The translations under genes were made by a program, and so were the position numbers. From Parasitella parasitica NRRL 2501 (taxonomy: Eukaryota; Fungi; Mucoromycota): 64,000 nucleotides of DNA. Shown here one piece after another: positions 49,231-62,019 of this stretch. The first letter of the stretch is position 1. Each line of letters opens with the position of its first letter. The notes beneath the pieces are model-generated. The model had not been told where the DNA came from. It was given only the letters and a program-made list of their open reading frames with translations, and did no database searches. Where the stretch lies: the NCBI GenBank assembly GCA_025201805.1, contig MU619292.1, positions 126,477 through 190,476 on the forward strand, written 5' to 3'.

Positions 49231-50065
49231 AAAGTAAGAGAGGACGCCAAGATTTATATGCTTGCGTTTGATAATAAAGATCCTCATGTATGGTCACAAC
49301 ATATTTTATTGTAAAAGTGTAATGTAAGGAGAAGATCATTTTACTGCTGTAGTGTATATCCGCACCCAGACATAAGCAAACAGAGATTGAGAGAGAGAAG
49401 GGGGGGGGGGACAATCTTTTGAATGTAAATAAAACTAGTATTTCGAATTGTGCAAGAGGCTGTACCAAATTCTGGACTCGATTACTGTTGTCGACCCTCC
49501 CCCCTCCCTCTCCCCCCCCCGCCCCCCTCACTCTATATCTCACTCCACGTAATTTGAGTAAAAAAAACACAGCTCCTTCATCATTCCAATGATTTCTGGA
49601 CCCTATCGAGTTATTGTTTAATATACACTAACAGCCACAAGCTAGAAAACTTGTTGTATTACGTTCGTGTACAACAGAAGATCGAAATGACATAAATGAC
49701 GGGATCTCTTCCGGCCATTTTTTTTTTGTGTTTGGTCCTTTTTTCTTCTACAGCTTTAGACCATTTGTAAATAAATATGTTGTCAGTTTGATACTAAACA
49801 TTCATACAAGAGAAACACACGTGAGATTTTACAGATGTGTGAGTTTTTATTATCCTATCGTACTACCAAGCCAGTGCAGGTATTTTGCATGTTTATTTTA
49901 TACAAGTGTTATTGTTCTATCCAAATGATATTGTCATTATTAAATCGAACAAAAAAAAAAGAAGAAATGAAGAAAAGAAAAAAGAAAGGAAAAAAGAAAA
50001 GATATAGAAAGAGGGCTACAGGCAAACGAATATACATGTATATTATATACAAAAGGTATTAGTAT

Positions 50066-50431
50066 TTAAAAGATTGGTTTACAGTGAAAAATTGACGGTT
50101 GCATCATGTGGTGATGGTTACGGGGAGGATCACCGACGCTAAAAGATCGAGGTCGTTTCATTTCAGTTGCACTGGATACTTGTAACTGAGAAACTGCTTG
50201 ATGAAGAGGGACAAAGCTTGAATCTTGCACAAGAGGATTGCCAGTGCGAGCAATGTGCTGCTGTTGGTTCTGGTGATGCTGATCAGATTGCAGTATCTGT
50301 TGAATCTCCATGCAGGCATCTTGGACATCATCCAGGTTTATTTTATCATGAAAACTAGACCAACAATGATCTATTCTTCTGTATTCGCTGGTGCAAGATG
50401 GTTTTAATGGGTAAGGCGCGAGTACGTTCAT
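50066..50431 (-). CDS. Hypothetical 121-aa protein
   Basis: ATG-to-stop ORF with protein-like composition (helix-like DDVQDACMEIQQILQ, KRPRSFSVGD), flanked by AT-rich non-coding DNA. Confidence 0.55.
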   Translation of the reverse strand: MNVLAPYPLKPSCTSEYRRIDHCWSSFHDKINLDDVQDACMEIQQILQSDQHHQNQQQHIARTGNPLVQDSSFVPLHQAVSQLQVSSATEMKRPRSFSVGDPPRNHHHMMQPSIFHCKPIF

Positions 50432-50610
50432 TTGGTGATGTATTATGTATATATGTATATGTATGTAGACAGGGTATTATATGTACAAGGAAATAAAATA
50501 AAAAAAGATTTGTTTAAGAAAAAAAAGAAGAGATGCAAAAAGATTGCATGGGCTTTACAGTATTTATTCTAAAACGGCAGTGGTACAGAAAATTACACGT
50601 TGGGATCACA

Positions 50611-51996
50611 CTAAAACAAAACCACCTGTTTGCCAGTGGCGAATCCAGAGATTCCCTGATCAACAGCTTGTTTCATGGCTGCCTCGTCCCATTTAGCTCG
50701 AGTCCATTTGGGTTCACGAAGCTTGTTTTGACTCATCAATCCCAAAATGTCCTCCAGCATGGCATAGCGCTCTTGCTGCGAATGAGTTTCAGCCCATTTT
50801 GATACCCAAAAGCCATGGAAAGAAATGTTTTTGAATATCAACAAAGAAGCAGGTAACGATAAGGGCTTTCGGGACATTGCGCCATAGGTAACAAAATGCC
50901 CATTTGCACTGATCATCCATCCATCCATTAATAATTTTTTTTTTCCACCGCCATCTCAAAAACTTACCCCAGATAGCGAGCCATTTCAGTTGCGCTTTTG
51001 CCACCTACACAATTCAATCCTAGGAGAGGCGCATTCTTACCAAACCAGCTCTTGATTTCCTTTCTGGATTCAACACTACCGAGGTTGTCATCAGTGATGA
51101 CATGAGTAGCACCGAGTTCAGTTAATTCATGGACAAGTTGATCGAAGTCAGGTCTATTAGTAGATGAAAAAAAGTTCAATCAAATGATCTCAGGGGGGGG
51201 GGTGGTGGTGGCAGTAGAGGGAGAAGCGTGTACGACCATACCTGTTTCGCACAACATTGATAGTTTTTAAACCCCATGCCTTGGCAATCTGAATGACAGC
51301 TTGACCAACAGCACTGTTACCACCATTTTGAACAACATAGTCACCTAAAATTGATGAGATGACGGGTTGCCAACCTACACAGCATTACTTACCCTGCTTC
51401 AAATCAACAAAATCCTTTAGCATTCTATATGCAGTGCAAGGATTTACACTTATGGTTGCTTTCTGAATAACAGAAACATTGTCTGCATGAGGCAGCAATT
51501 GGAAATCCGAAGCTGGGCCGGCAGCATGAGTACGCCATGTACCATAACCAGTGTTTGCCATGATAACATGGTCACCCGCTTTGAGAGAACCAACACCATC
51601 ACCTACCGCAATGACCTCTGCCACGCCTTCATTACCACCCACTGCCAAAGTCTCGTCCCCTAATTGCTGGAACGTGGGCTTGATGGGATACGCACCTTGA
51701 ATCATATTGACGTCGGCTGGGTTGATAGGGGATGCCAAGAATTTGACATGTACAGTGTCTGAAGTCAATGCAGGAAGGCGGTACGAGTGCCATCTTGGAG
51801 ACGTTTCAGCTTGCCAGAGGTACATGTATAAAGTGTAGCAGGCGGCTTACCTTAGCACTTGCGATGGCTGTCCATAATCCGAATACACCATTGCATTGGC
51901 GGTGATGTCGGATTTCCCCGAGTAGCATCTACGTGCAGATGCTACAAGTCGAATTTGCTGATGTGTCTTGAGGATTGAGCGCATCAAGATTGTCAT
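50611..51996 (-). CDS. ETR1: Mitochondrial 2-enoyl-ACP/thioester reductase (Etr1/MECR), multi-exon
   Basis: Mitochondrial presequence [26 protein letters not shown]; [71 protein letters not shown]. Confidence 0.92.
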
Positions 51997-52308
51997 TTTA
52001 ATATGCTCACAAAAGAGAAAGAGCGAGAGAGAGAAAGTGTGGTAAACAAAGAGAACCCTTTCCATATTCACTCCGAGTCCGGCTATCAAGTGCTTAACTG
52101 TCTCTTGTCACACGAGTCACATCAAACTTGACAAAAGAAGGGAGAGCCTTAAGAGAGATCAGCAAACAGTGTATGTATGCCGTTTGATATTAAATAACAA
52201 AAAAGCATAGAGACAAACACCCCCTTCCCCATGTATTAATATAAAAATGTACACATCTTCCGGGGATCCTGTTTATCTCTTTCTCTCTCTCTCTTTCTCT
52301 GCACAACA

Positions 52309-55300
52309 ATGATCCCCCAGACACTACCCATTCTACCGCTCTCGAACAATGTGCTGCTGCCATCCATCATCACCACTTTGAACCTGTGCCCGTCCGAAGG
52401 CCAGGATTTGCTGCGAATGTCGTCCGCCTCGTATTTTGTGTGCGTCCCATTCAAGAAAAACAACTCTAGCCAGCAGTCTTCTCCCGTCGATTTGAGTCAA
52501 TTGTTCCACTACGGCTGCGTTGCTCAGGTCATGAGCTGCGATACCTCCATCCCAGATCACTTCTCCATCAAAGTCAAGGGCGTCTGTAGATCTCGCATCC
52601 GAGATATTTCTAATTCAGACGGCGGCAACATCTACGAGGCCCTCTTGGAGCACTACTTTGACAAGGACAACATCCAGTCGGAGGAGGCCCTCATTTTCAA
52701 TTCACTGTGCCAAATGTACACCACAAAGTTGCGCCTCATTGGCGTATCCTGCCATGTTCTGGATCAGTTCAACCAGTTGATAGCAAGAACCCACGTCTCC
52801 AATGCAGCCAATCTACTGCTGTACTTGACGGATTCCTCTCTTGGCGACAAGCTGCGTACGCTGGAAGCAGTGGATGTTAAACAAAGACTACACCAAGTGC
52901 ATTATGCAGTCAGCACTTACTTACAGGTAGATGCAGCACATGTATTACATTAACTGGAATTTCCATTCTATGCATCCCAGATAAACTAAATATTTACGCA
53001 TTATTTAGACGATCAACACAAGCACAATAAAAAACAAGGGCGATGAGATGATATTTGATCATCTAAGAAGAAAATTTTACATTCTCCAAGAGGTACGTAG
53101 TGGCAGCACACATGTGTGCACATGACAGCGCTGACTCCAAGTATCCATAGCTACACTCTGTCGATGTCAATGGCCCTGAAATTGCTCAGTCAGATTCGCA
53201 TTTCAACATCTGTTCTGAGGACGATGCTGAAACTGTCGATCTAGTGACCAAGCTAAATTCCAACAACCTCCCAGACCACGCTGTTGTGTCTGTTCGACGT
53301 GACCTTAACAGATTGCGAAAACTGCCGTCCAGCTCTGCAGATTCGGCTATTCTCAGGACTTATCTTGAATACATTAGTGATTTACCTTGGTCCATGGAAA
53401 ATACGCCTCAATGCAAACTAAATCTAAACTGTGTTAGAGACCAGCTTGACGCTGATCATTTTGGGTATGTACATGCACAATTTAGATAAGCCCAACTCCT
53501 TTTTAATTAACCCCTCCACTCCCCCCTCCCCCACTCCCCTCTTTTTCTCGCTCCCTTCAATTAGCATTGACCAAGTGAAAAAGAGAATTTTGGAATATTT
53601 ATCTGTACTCAAGGTCAAGAAGGATGCAACACCACCCATCATTTGCTTTGTTGGGCCCGTAAGTTTTTGTTGGTAGCAATCCAATTATTTGTGCGCTAAA
53701 AATATCATCATCATACACGTGCACATAGCCTGGCGTAGGAAAGACGACGTTGGCAAAATCAATCGCTGCTGCTTTGGATAGAAAATTCCACCGCATGTCA
53801 TTAGGTGGCGTGCGTGACGAGGCGGAAATCAGGTATGTTGTCATATATTGTTAGTGTTGAGAAAGAATAGCGTTTTCCAACACACGTAAACGTAGAGGCC
53901 ATCGTCGCACCTATGTCGGCGCTTTGCCTGGTCTATTGATTCACGGTATGCGTCAATGCGGCGTGCAGAATCCAGTCTTCTTGTTGGGCAAGTATACCGC
54001 AACACTGGCCACCGTATCTGCAGGGTAATAACCTTTGTTTTTCTTTTCTATCTCTAGACGAAATTGACAAGCTTGTTACCAATTCAAATCAAGGTGACCC
54101 AGGTAAATTCATATAGGAAATTTTTTTTTTTTTTTTTTTTTTTGCTATCCTTGACCGTGCATTCACACTTCTATTTGTTTGTATGAAAATATATAGCTGC
54201 TGCACTACTCGAGGTACTTGATCCTGCTCAAAACGGGTCATTCGTGGACCATTTCATCAATATACCATATGACTTGTCCCAAGTGCTCTTTATTGCTACA
54301 GCCAACTCATTGGACACAATACCTCGTCCTTTGCTGGACAGAATGGAAGTGATTCAGCTCGACGGTTATACATTCAATGAAAAATTACATATTGCCACCA
54401 CACACTTGATACCCAAACAAATGGATGCACACGGAATGTCCTCATTAGGTCTACAGATACCTGAGAATGTAGTATTATGTTTGGCTGAAAAGTACACGAG
54501 AGAAAGCGGCGTGCGAGGATTAGAGAGGTTGATAGCAAATATATGCCGATACAAGTGTTGCGAATACGCTGATTTGGAAGAGTCCAACAGAGCAGATGAA
54601 TTCCACCGTATGGTTCATAAGCATGAATTGGAAACCATATTAGGCGTAAGTGTTGCATAATTTGGGATGAGATATAAACAAGCAGAGCTGATGTATACAT
54701 GCAATAGGCCGAGCCATTTGAAAATGATATTGTAGAGTCAGAGGCGATCCCTGGTGTGATAACAGGGTTGGCTTATTCTGGCAGTGGAAATGGAGGCATC
54801 ATGATGATCGAAGCAAACTATATGCCGGGCACTGGTAGATTGAAATTGACAGGATCGTTGGGCGATGTGATCAAGGAGTCAGCACAGCTAGCTGTGTCCT
54901 GGGTGAAGGCAAACGCATTTGCATTAAAATTAACAACTTCTCCCAAACAAGATGTATTCCAGGACATTGATCTTCATATACACATGCCAAGCGGTGCCGT
55001 GCCAAAAGATGGTCCGTCAGCTGGCATCACTATGGTTACCTGCTTAGTATCACTTTTGTCAGGCAATTGTGTCTCCAATACAACAGCAATGACAGGGGAA
55101 GTGACATTGAGAGGTCAAGTGCGTCCAGTAGGTGGCATCAAGGAAAAGGTTGTGTCAGCTCATCGCGCAGGCATTAAAAGGATCATTTTACCTGTCGCCA
55201 ACAAACGAGACGTTATCAAGGACATCCCGATGGAAGTAAAGAACGACTTGACGTTTGTGTATTGTAAATCTATGTGGGATGTCATTGAATCCGCGTTCGA

Positions 55301-55346
55301 TCAAACAAATGTACGGTTTGAGCCAAGATTTACAAGCAGTTTATAA
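52309..55346 (+). CDS. LONP2: Peroxisomal-type Lon protease (LONP2-like), multi-exon
   Basis: LON N-domain ([13 protein letters not shown]), Walker A GP|[35 protein letters not shown], catalytic PKDGPSAG and VGGIKEK. C-terminal SSL is a PTS1 variant; no mitochondrial presequence. Confidence 0.88.
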
Positions 55347-55738
55347 AGGAAATCTACGAGATTTTCCATCCACCTGCAGACTGTCTCGTTCTTTTTCCAA
55401 GGATATATCATATATATATATACTTTTTAATTATTCTTCATTTATACCAATGTTTATTTTGCATCTCATACTCTTTCATATTTCTAATAAATACTCAATA
55501 ATAGTATATCACTTGAATTATAGTAGCTCACACAATGGGATATATTGCAAGAATAGGAGTTAATGGCCAATGTGTAAATCGATCGTTCTCTGAAACAAAG
55601 CAAAAAAAAAAAAAAAAAAGAGTTATCCGGGTCACACCACTCGGTTTGCATTGTTTCCAGCTGCATGCATATAAATAGCAAGCCATTTTTAGTTTCTATT
55701 CTTCTTCTTACACTCTTATATATTCATGCACATACAAT

Positions 55739-56761
55739 ATGCTACAAGACTTGCCATTGGAAGTTCTTACGAAAATAGCAGAAAATCTTCCAGTAGAGGA
55801 GACTGGCGAATTCGCAAGAACCTGCCACAAGTGCTATTTTGCAGTATTGCCGCATATTTGGCATCAATTGACTCTCAACAATGCAGTTGAATTGAACCAG
55901 GTAGCAAATCGTTTGGAATCAAATAGTGTTTGGGCGCAGAGAGCAATTCGGTTTGTTCGAGATTTTTCATTTGGAAATAACGACGAACAAGTCAACCATC
56001 CCAAGTTTTCTTCGACGTTAGCTGCGTCCATGTTTGGTATTGCAAGCTCGCCAGCCGAACAGGCTGCAGAAGAAGCTGAGCAATCCAAGAAAAATGCTTC
56101 CCATGAACGTATTGGCGCATTCGGTAAACGACTGTTAAGACTGTTTCCTCACCTTTCCAATCTCGTATTCGATTTTAAGGAGGCGGCAAGAAATTTCTAT
56201 TCGTTTCCATTGCCACCGCCAACACCTTCACTTGAAGAAGCGACCAGTGCTGCTGCTAGAACCGAAAGCAACATTTCCCATGCGAATGATGATAGTGTCG
56301 ATGATAATGCAAGGCTACCTTTCTCTGGTTCAGTCTCACTGTTAAACTACAAGTCTGGTCACTCGGAATCCATGCATTATCTATTGGCACCATTCCGTCG
56401 CACTCACCACCTTAAAGTCGAAGCTTTGCCTGTCGTCTCTCTGTGTGATGACATTGATGAATCCATCTTGAGTAACGCAGATCTCCAGGATTTGGCTACA
56501 CTGGGCCTCACACATCTCAGGAAGCTTGAACTATCCTATCTAGATTCTGATATTCGTCTGGAAACATTCAAAGTTTTGCTGGAAAGTATGCCCAATCTGA
56601 ACGAATTGAGCCTCGAATGGATCTTTCCTCCAAATAAAAATGACTTTAGAGAGCTGTGCCAGGTCATTCAAAATCTTGCTCACTTGTACCCAGATCATAT
56701 GCATAAAAAAACGAGCATTTATCAAGTTAATTTTTCTCCTAAACAAGAGAAAGATAAATAG
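55739..56761 (+). CDS. F-box protein with LRR-like C-terminus, intronless
   Basis: MLQDLPLEVLTKIAENLP...ARTCHKCYFAVLPHIW F-box; LRKLELSY and MPNLNELSL are LRR-like. Confidence 0.75.
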   Translation: MLQDLPLEVLTKIAENLPVEETGEFARTCHKCYFAVLPHIWHQLTLNNAVELNQVANRLESNSVWAQRAIRFVRDFSFGNNDEQVNHPKFSSTLAASMFGIASSPAEQAAEEAEQSKKNASHERIGAFGKRLLRLFPHLSNLVFDFKEAARNFYSFPLPPPTPSLEEATSAAARTESNISHANDDSVDDNARLPFSGSVSLLNYKSGHSESMHYLLAPFRRTHHLKVEALPVVSLCDDIDESILSNADLQDLATLGLTHLRKLELSYLDSDIRLETFKVLLESMPNLNELSLEWIFPPNKNDFRELCQVIQNLAHLYPDHMHKKTSIYQVNFSPKQEKDK

Positions 56762-56990
56762 CAAGAACGTTGATTTTATTGATATATTATATATATATAT
56801 ATATACATATACTACTAATGCTGATTCCCCTTTGATATTTCATATATAGCAATAAAAAAATATTTGTGCCTGTGGCAAAATGAGATCTTCTTGTGCAACT
56901 CAAACAAGCATTCTGACTGCTTATAAATGCAATCTGCGCAGCATGATAGTCAAACAGCACTCTCTTCCTCTTTGTATTCACCAATTCAAC

Positions 56991-57597
56991 ATGGCTCAAC
57001 TGCGTACCCGCGCTGTCAAAGCAAAGCAACCCGCTCAATCAGCTATAAAAAAGCCAAAGCGTCCAAGCGGTGCTAGTAATATGAAATCTGTTGTCCAGAC
57101 ATTTGCTGCAAAAGATCAAGATGTCAAAAGTAAGTGAAAAGCAGACTGCGCAAACAGTACCGTCTTCTTAAACCCATTACATAGCTGTTATAGAGTATCC
57201 CAAATCACAGTTTGAAAGACGCAATTTCATCAACTTTAAAACAGGGAGGCCATTAACTCCCTATCAATACAGAGTCTACGATCTTGTGTTGCAGATCCCA
57301 GTAGGTCGAGTGACGTCTTACAAAGTACTGAGCGACACACTGAAATCAGGCCCTCGGTCTGTCGGTCAAGCACTACGACTCAATCCTTTCTGTCCACTGC
57401 CTGTTCCATGTCATAGAGTAATCGCTACGGATTTCAGTCTTGGAGGCTTCTCCGGCGCTTCAGGCGACCATCAATTGACAGCAAATAAAAAGGCAAAGTT
57501 GCAGGCAGAAGGATGTGTTTTTGGAGACCATTACATGTTTGATCATGACGTTAATGGGGCGAACGAGTTCTTCAACGACTTTGTTATTTCAGATTAA
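56991..57597 (+). CDS. MGT1: O6-methylguanine-DNA methyltransferase (Mgt1/Ogt family), 2 exons
   Basis: LTPYQYRVYDLVLQIPVGRVTSY, PRSVGQALRLNP, active-site PCHRVI, LGGFSG; intron ~57130-57184. Confidence 0.85.
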
Positions 57598-57633
57598 ATA
57601 TTATATTTTTGAATGTTTGAAAATAAATATAAA

Positions 57634-60498
57634 TTATTGACCATGATGATAAGCTTTAATTATGCCGTCTGCTCCACCACTAATCATCCAAGGAAACGAT
57701 GGATGGAATTTGGCATCCAATACACCCTCGTCTCCTTTTCTACGATGAGCAGAAAATTCCTGTATACAGGATTTTGATGCTACATCCCATAGACGTATCG
57801 AGGAATCATGACCTCCAGAGACCATGCCTGTACCAGCGGAATCAATGTTAAGACTCGTTACCGCGTCAAGGTGACCAGATACTGATTGTATACATTCACC
57901 TATTTTTGTTGTTATACAGTATGTTAAATTTGGGACAACAGGAAACAAAAAAAAAAAAAAAAGGTCATATTCGTACCTGATTTTAAATCGTAGAATCGGA
58001 TATGACGATCCTCATGCCCTGACACAATAATGGGCATTGTAGGATGCGATACAATGCAGTTGATCTGTGTAGCAAATGTATTATCTATAAAGAAACGAAT
58101 GCATTAATTATTTCGCCCTGCCCTGGTTTGCTAAAACTTGCCATATGAGTCATCGCTGCCCTTCATTGTCATGATAACTTGTCCTGTCTCAACATCATAT
58201 AGTCGAATTTTGGCATTTGCAAATGACACGGCAATCTTGTGAATGTCTGTTTGGCAAAAGTCCAATGAGGTTGGTGCCACTATCGATATTATGTTTGCAG
58301 TGAATTTCATTGTACTTTGATTCGTAAATCCAAATATGCATAAATACCTTTGTCTTTAAGAGCGCCTTCTGTTGAAATGCCATCAAATGTCCATGAACTC
58401 TTTAGCAGATTTCCACTTGTCTGAGTGTCCCAAATCTTGACAGTTCCATCAGCTGAAGCCGAGGCTAATAAATTACTATGGTAGTTATCCGGAGAAAGCT
58501 TGAAATCCCAAATTGCATCTGTATGGCCAATGTATGTTGCTTCGTTCATGGATGGGTCTAAAGATGAACGTATAAATATCAACATCGCAGAACAGAGAAT
58601 ACAAGCGCATATTATTCATTACCAACAGGCGAGAAGGGACCTCTTTCTTCACCAGGCAACTTCCAAACTCTAATGCTAGAATCCAAAGATGCCGAATAAA
58701 CTCTATTTTGAGAAGCTGAAATAGCCACTGCTGTAACTACATTGGTATGTCCTCTAAAAGTGATACTAGGATCTGCCTCCTCATGTGAACCTCTAAAATA
58801 CCGCTTAGATATCCTTCCCAAATGTTCACATACATAAAACACCTACTTTTTGGCCGCGTTTCCGTCTTTACCAGTGGCTCTTTGTAAGTTCCATATTTTT
58901 ACAGTGCCATCATCAGAGCCTGATGCAGCAATCATTTCTTTTGGATGAAATGCTACAGTTCTGACAGAGTCGAGATGCCTAGAATGATTTAATTTTAGAC
59001 CTTGAGCAATTTGCCGCTATTGCCATTTTCATAATGATTATTTTACCCTTTGATTGTTACTCTAGGCTTCCATATTTTTGGCTGAAGTCGGTGGCTATCA
59101 ATTTCACCAATCTATTACAATTTCCTTATTATTATTTCCATCGATCTCCTTAATAAATCAATGGGCTTACTTGGTTAGGATCAAAATCACCAGCTAGTAC
59201 ACGGTTTTGATCTACTTGGCTTTGTCCACCTTTACTGGCGTGTTTCAGTAATTTCTTTACCTTTTCTTCTGACAGGTGAAATTTCTCTTGGATTTGAAGG
59301 GACTATTTAGAAATGATTTGTAATTTTTTTTTTTTTTTTTTTTTTTTTAAAAATCTCACTGTTCACTGTAATAAATCTCCTACTTTACCAATGATTCACT
59401 ATCCTGTGATGCAGAATAGTTTTCCTTTTCCTCCTTAATATTGTTAATCATGGCCACCTCATCTACGTTGGCTGGGACCTCGACACCAATGTCTTCCCTT
59501 TGGCTGAGTGTTGACTTCTTGGGGATAGGGCTTGAAGCATTACTACTACCATTGCATTTTTTCAATGAGGAGGACGTCTTGCGCTGTTGCTGTTGCTGTT
59601 GTTGTTGCTGTTGTCCGCGTGAACCTGCAGCAGAAAGTACGGGTGAATTCTGATTGCTATTATTGTTATGTGGAGGCGGAGCTCTGCGAATAGACGAAGA
59701 ACGCTCATTCGATAGGGTGGGTGAACGTGAGGTTAATGCATTTGTTAGTGGGAGTTTGCTTGGAAATGAAGTCAAGTAATTAATTTCTTGGAGGCATCTA
59801 TAAAGTGTGAATATTTTTTTAAGGGGGATGTTAGTTTAAATAAAGTGAGGATAGTAAAATGAAAACGCAAACTTTACGATTTTAGAACTTCACGACTTTT
59901 TTCCTTCAATTTGTTATCAATGAATGTAGGCGCTGCGGCTGTTGGAGATGGTGATACAGCCGATGGAATCGTGGTCGTAATAGTGGAAGCTAGAAATCCG
60001 TTCAACATGAATACAACACATCTTTTTTTTTTTTTGTTCATATCACACACTCACGTATATCATTATCGGTAATTGTTGGATTAGTAGTGGTAGGTGTAGT
60101 AGTAGATGGATCTTCTGATGTGGTTGTCATGGTTACACCAGCATGTCTTTTTCTGAAAATAAAGAAAATGAACATCACCATAGCAACAAGATACCGAGAA
60201 TATCATATAAGCACATACCTTTCTTGCCTCAGAGCGTATTCCAACATTTTAACTCTTTTCATCAAAGTCAATTTTATATTCTCAACGCCTCTTCTTTCCC
60301 CTTCTAATAAGGCAATACGAGCCTTATGAACTCACTTTTAAGTAATGTTATGCAAAAATGCAAATGGCTCCAAGAACAAACCTTCAATTCAGCTCGTTCA
60401 ATAACCCATTCATTTTTTTCACGCTCAAATTTCCTCCATTCTGCTTGTAGAAAGTGCAACACACCAGGCAAAGTATATTCGGTTGATTGTTCTGACAT
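57634..60498 (-). CDS. STRN: Striatin (STRIPAK scaffold; Far8/Pro11/STRN), multi-exon
   Basis: Striatin N-terminus YTLPGVLHFLQAEWRKFEREKNEWVIERAELK|ARIALLEGERR; C-terminal WD40 repeats (GHLDAVTSL, GHDSSIRLWD, HRRKGDEGV, SGGADG). Confidence 0.93.
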
Positions 60499-61228
60499 TA
60501 TGATTAATTAACTTGTGTAAGCATGCAATAGAATCTAGCAATAAATTAGAAACAAATGCTCGAAAAATAAAAAGATATAAGAAAGTGAAAACTAGTTGAA
60601 TCAAATAAAGTGAAGAAAGAAGAAAAAAGAAAAGGGAAATTGCTTGAAAAAGGGGGTAAATAATCACTTGCAAATCAAGAACGTGACGTAAGTAGAGCAC
60701 ATATGCAAAAAGAGAAAAGCAAATACTACTAGATCTGATAATGGCTCAATGTCAACTGAAGTTTTGTAATATAATTGTCAATGTCGTCTATAATTTGCAC
60801 AGTAGTGAGAACTTGTTTTTCTCTTATTTTTTTTCAATTAATTTTTGAATAACAAGGAGATACATATTGCCTTGTTAGTCCTTACATGCTGCTGGTATAT
60901 ATTTGAATGGTGAAAAAAAAGCCAGAATACAGGATGATACGTTATTTCTCATCTCCTTGATTAATCGCAAACGGCCTATATGTTTGATCTGAGAAATCTG
61001 CTTCCAATATGACATGTATTTACATCTTTCCTGGATATAAAGATGGATCAAATTCGGCTTTCCGTATTCTTATTTAAACCAATAAAAACACGTTTAGTAC
61101 AGAGATAATTTAGGTGGTTGTCCATATTCAAAATGCGATAAAAACCCTGTTCATCAGTTCCTATTTTATTTTTCTCTCTTTTTTCCATCCTTATTTTTTT
61201 TTTCGCCTTACAAAAAAAAATCTATCAA

Positions 61229-62019
61229 ATGGGTTCTCCTAGTATCATCTCCAACCCCGTCTTTAACATAGGGTTCCTTTTGGTGTCCATGCAACTTGCC
61301 AAGAAGATTGATTGGGAAGATCCTGAGGTGTTGAACTACGCCAGAATTGGTTACTACAGTGCTCAAGTCCTTGTCGTTGCTATGGCTTATGGTTTGATTG
61401 CTCTTATTAAAAAGAAGAATGGTAAGTAATTAAATGGGGGGAAGATATGTAGCAAAACGGGACAATGCTGCACACGCGTGTGCGTGATGTGTCAAAGAAA
61501 GAGCGAGCGAGATAGAAAACCTTAGGAAGGTCAAGGAATAAATTTCAAAAAACGCACATTTTTTGTGTAAAATCCATCAGTAGCTAATTCATACAATTAG
61601 ATTCTACCTCTTTGACATACGATGCACCCAAGAAGCCCGGTCAGTCTGAAGGTGCCCCAACCACTATTACCACTACTGTCAAGGATTATGATGTTGATCA
61701 AGTTAAGCAATTCATCCAATCTACCCTTACTTCAATCGTCATCATATCTGTAATGCACTGGCAATTCAAGTTTACTCAGCCTCTCTTGATGCAATCCATT
61801 TTACCCGTCAAGAACTTGCTGACTCATAAAGAAGCTTTGATTCATTTGTGGGGTGATGCTCCCGAAGGCAATCTTGTTAGACCTTTTGTTGCCGATAATC
61901 CTTTAAGTGCTCTTACCGATATGTTTGGTGGTGGAAACAATGCTGCAGCGGCTCCTGCAACTACTGATGCTCCTGCTGTTGCTGCTGATGCTACTGCTAA
62001 TCATCCTCACAAGGATTGA
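61229..62019 (+). CDS. PHO88: Pho88/Snd3 SRP-independent targeting protein, 2 exons
   Basis: MQLAKKIDWEDP, IKKKND, TTTVKDYDVDQV, MHWQFKFTQPLLMQSILP, IHLWGDAPEGNLVRPF; intron 61422-61600. Confidence 0.9.

Noticed and set aside
49103-49570. 155-aa poly-Lys/Gly ORF on the minus strand
   Set aside because: Artefact of translating the poly-T and C-rich tracts.
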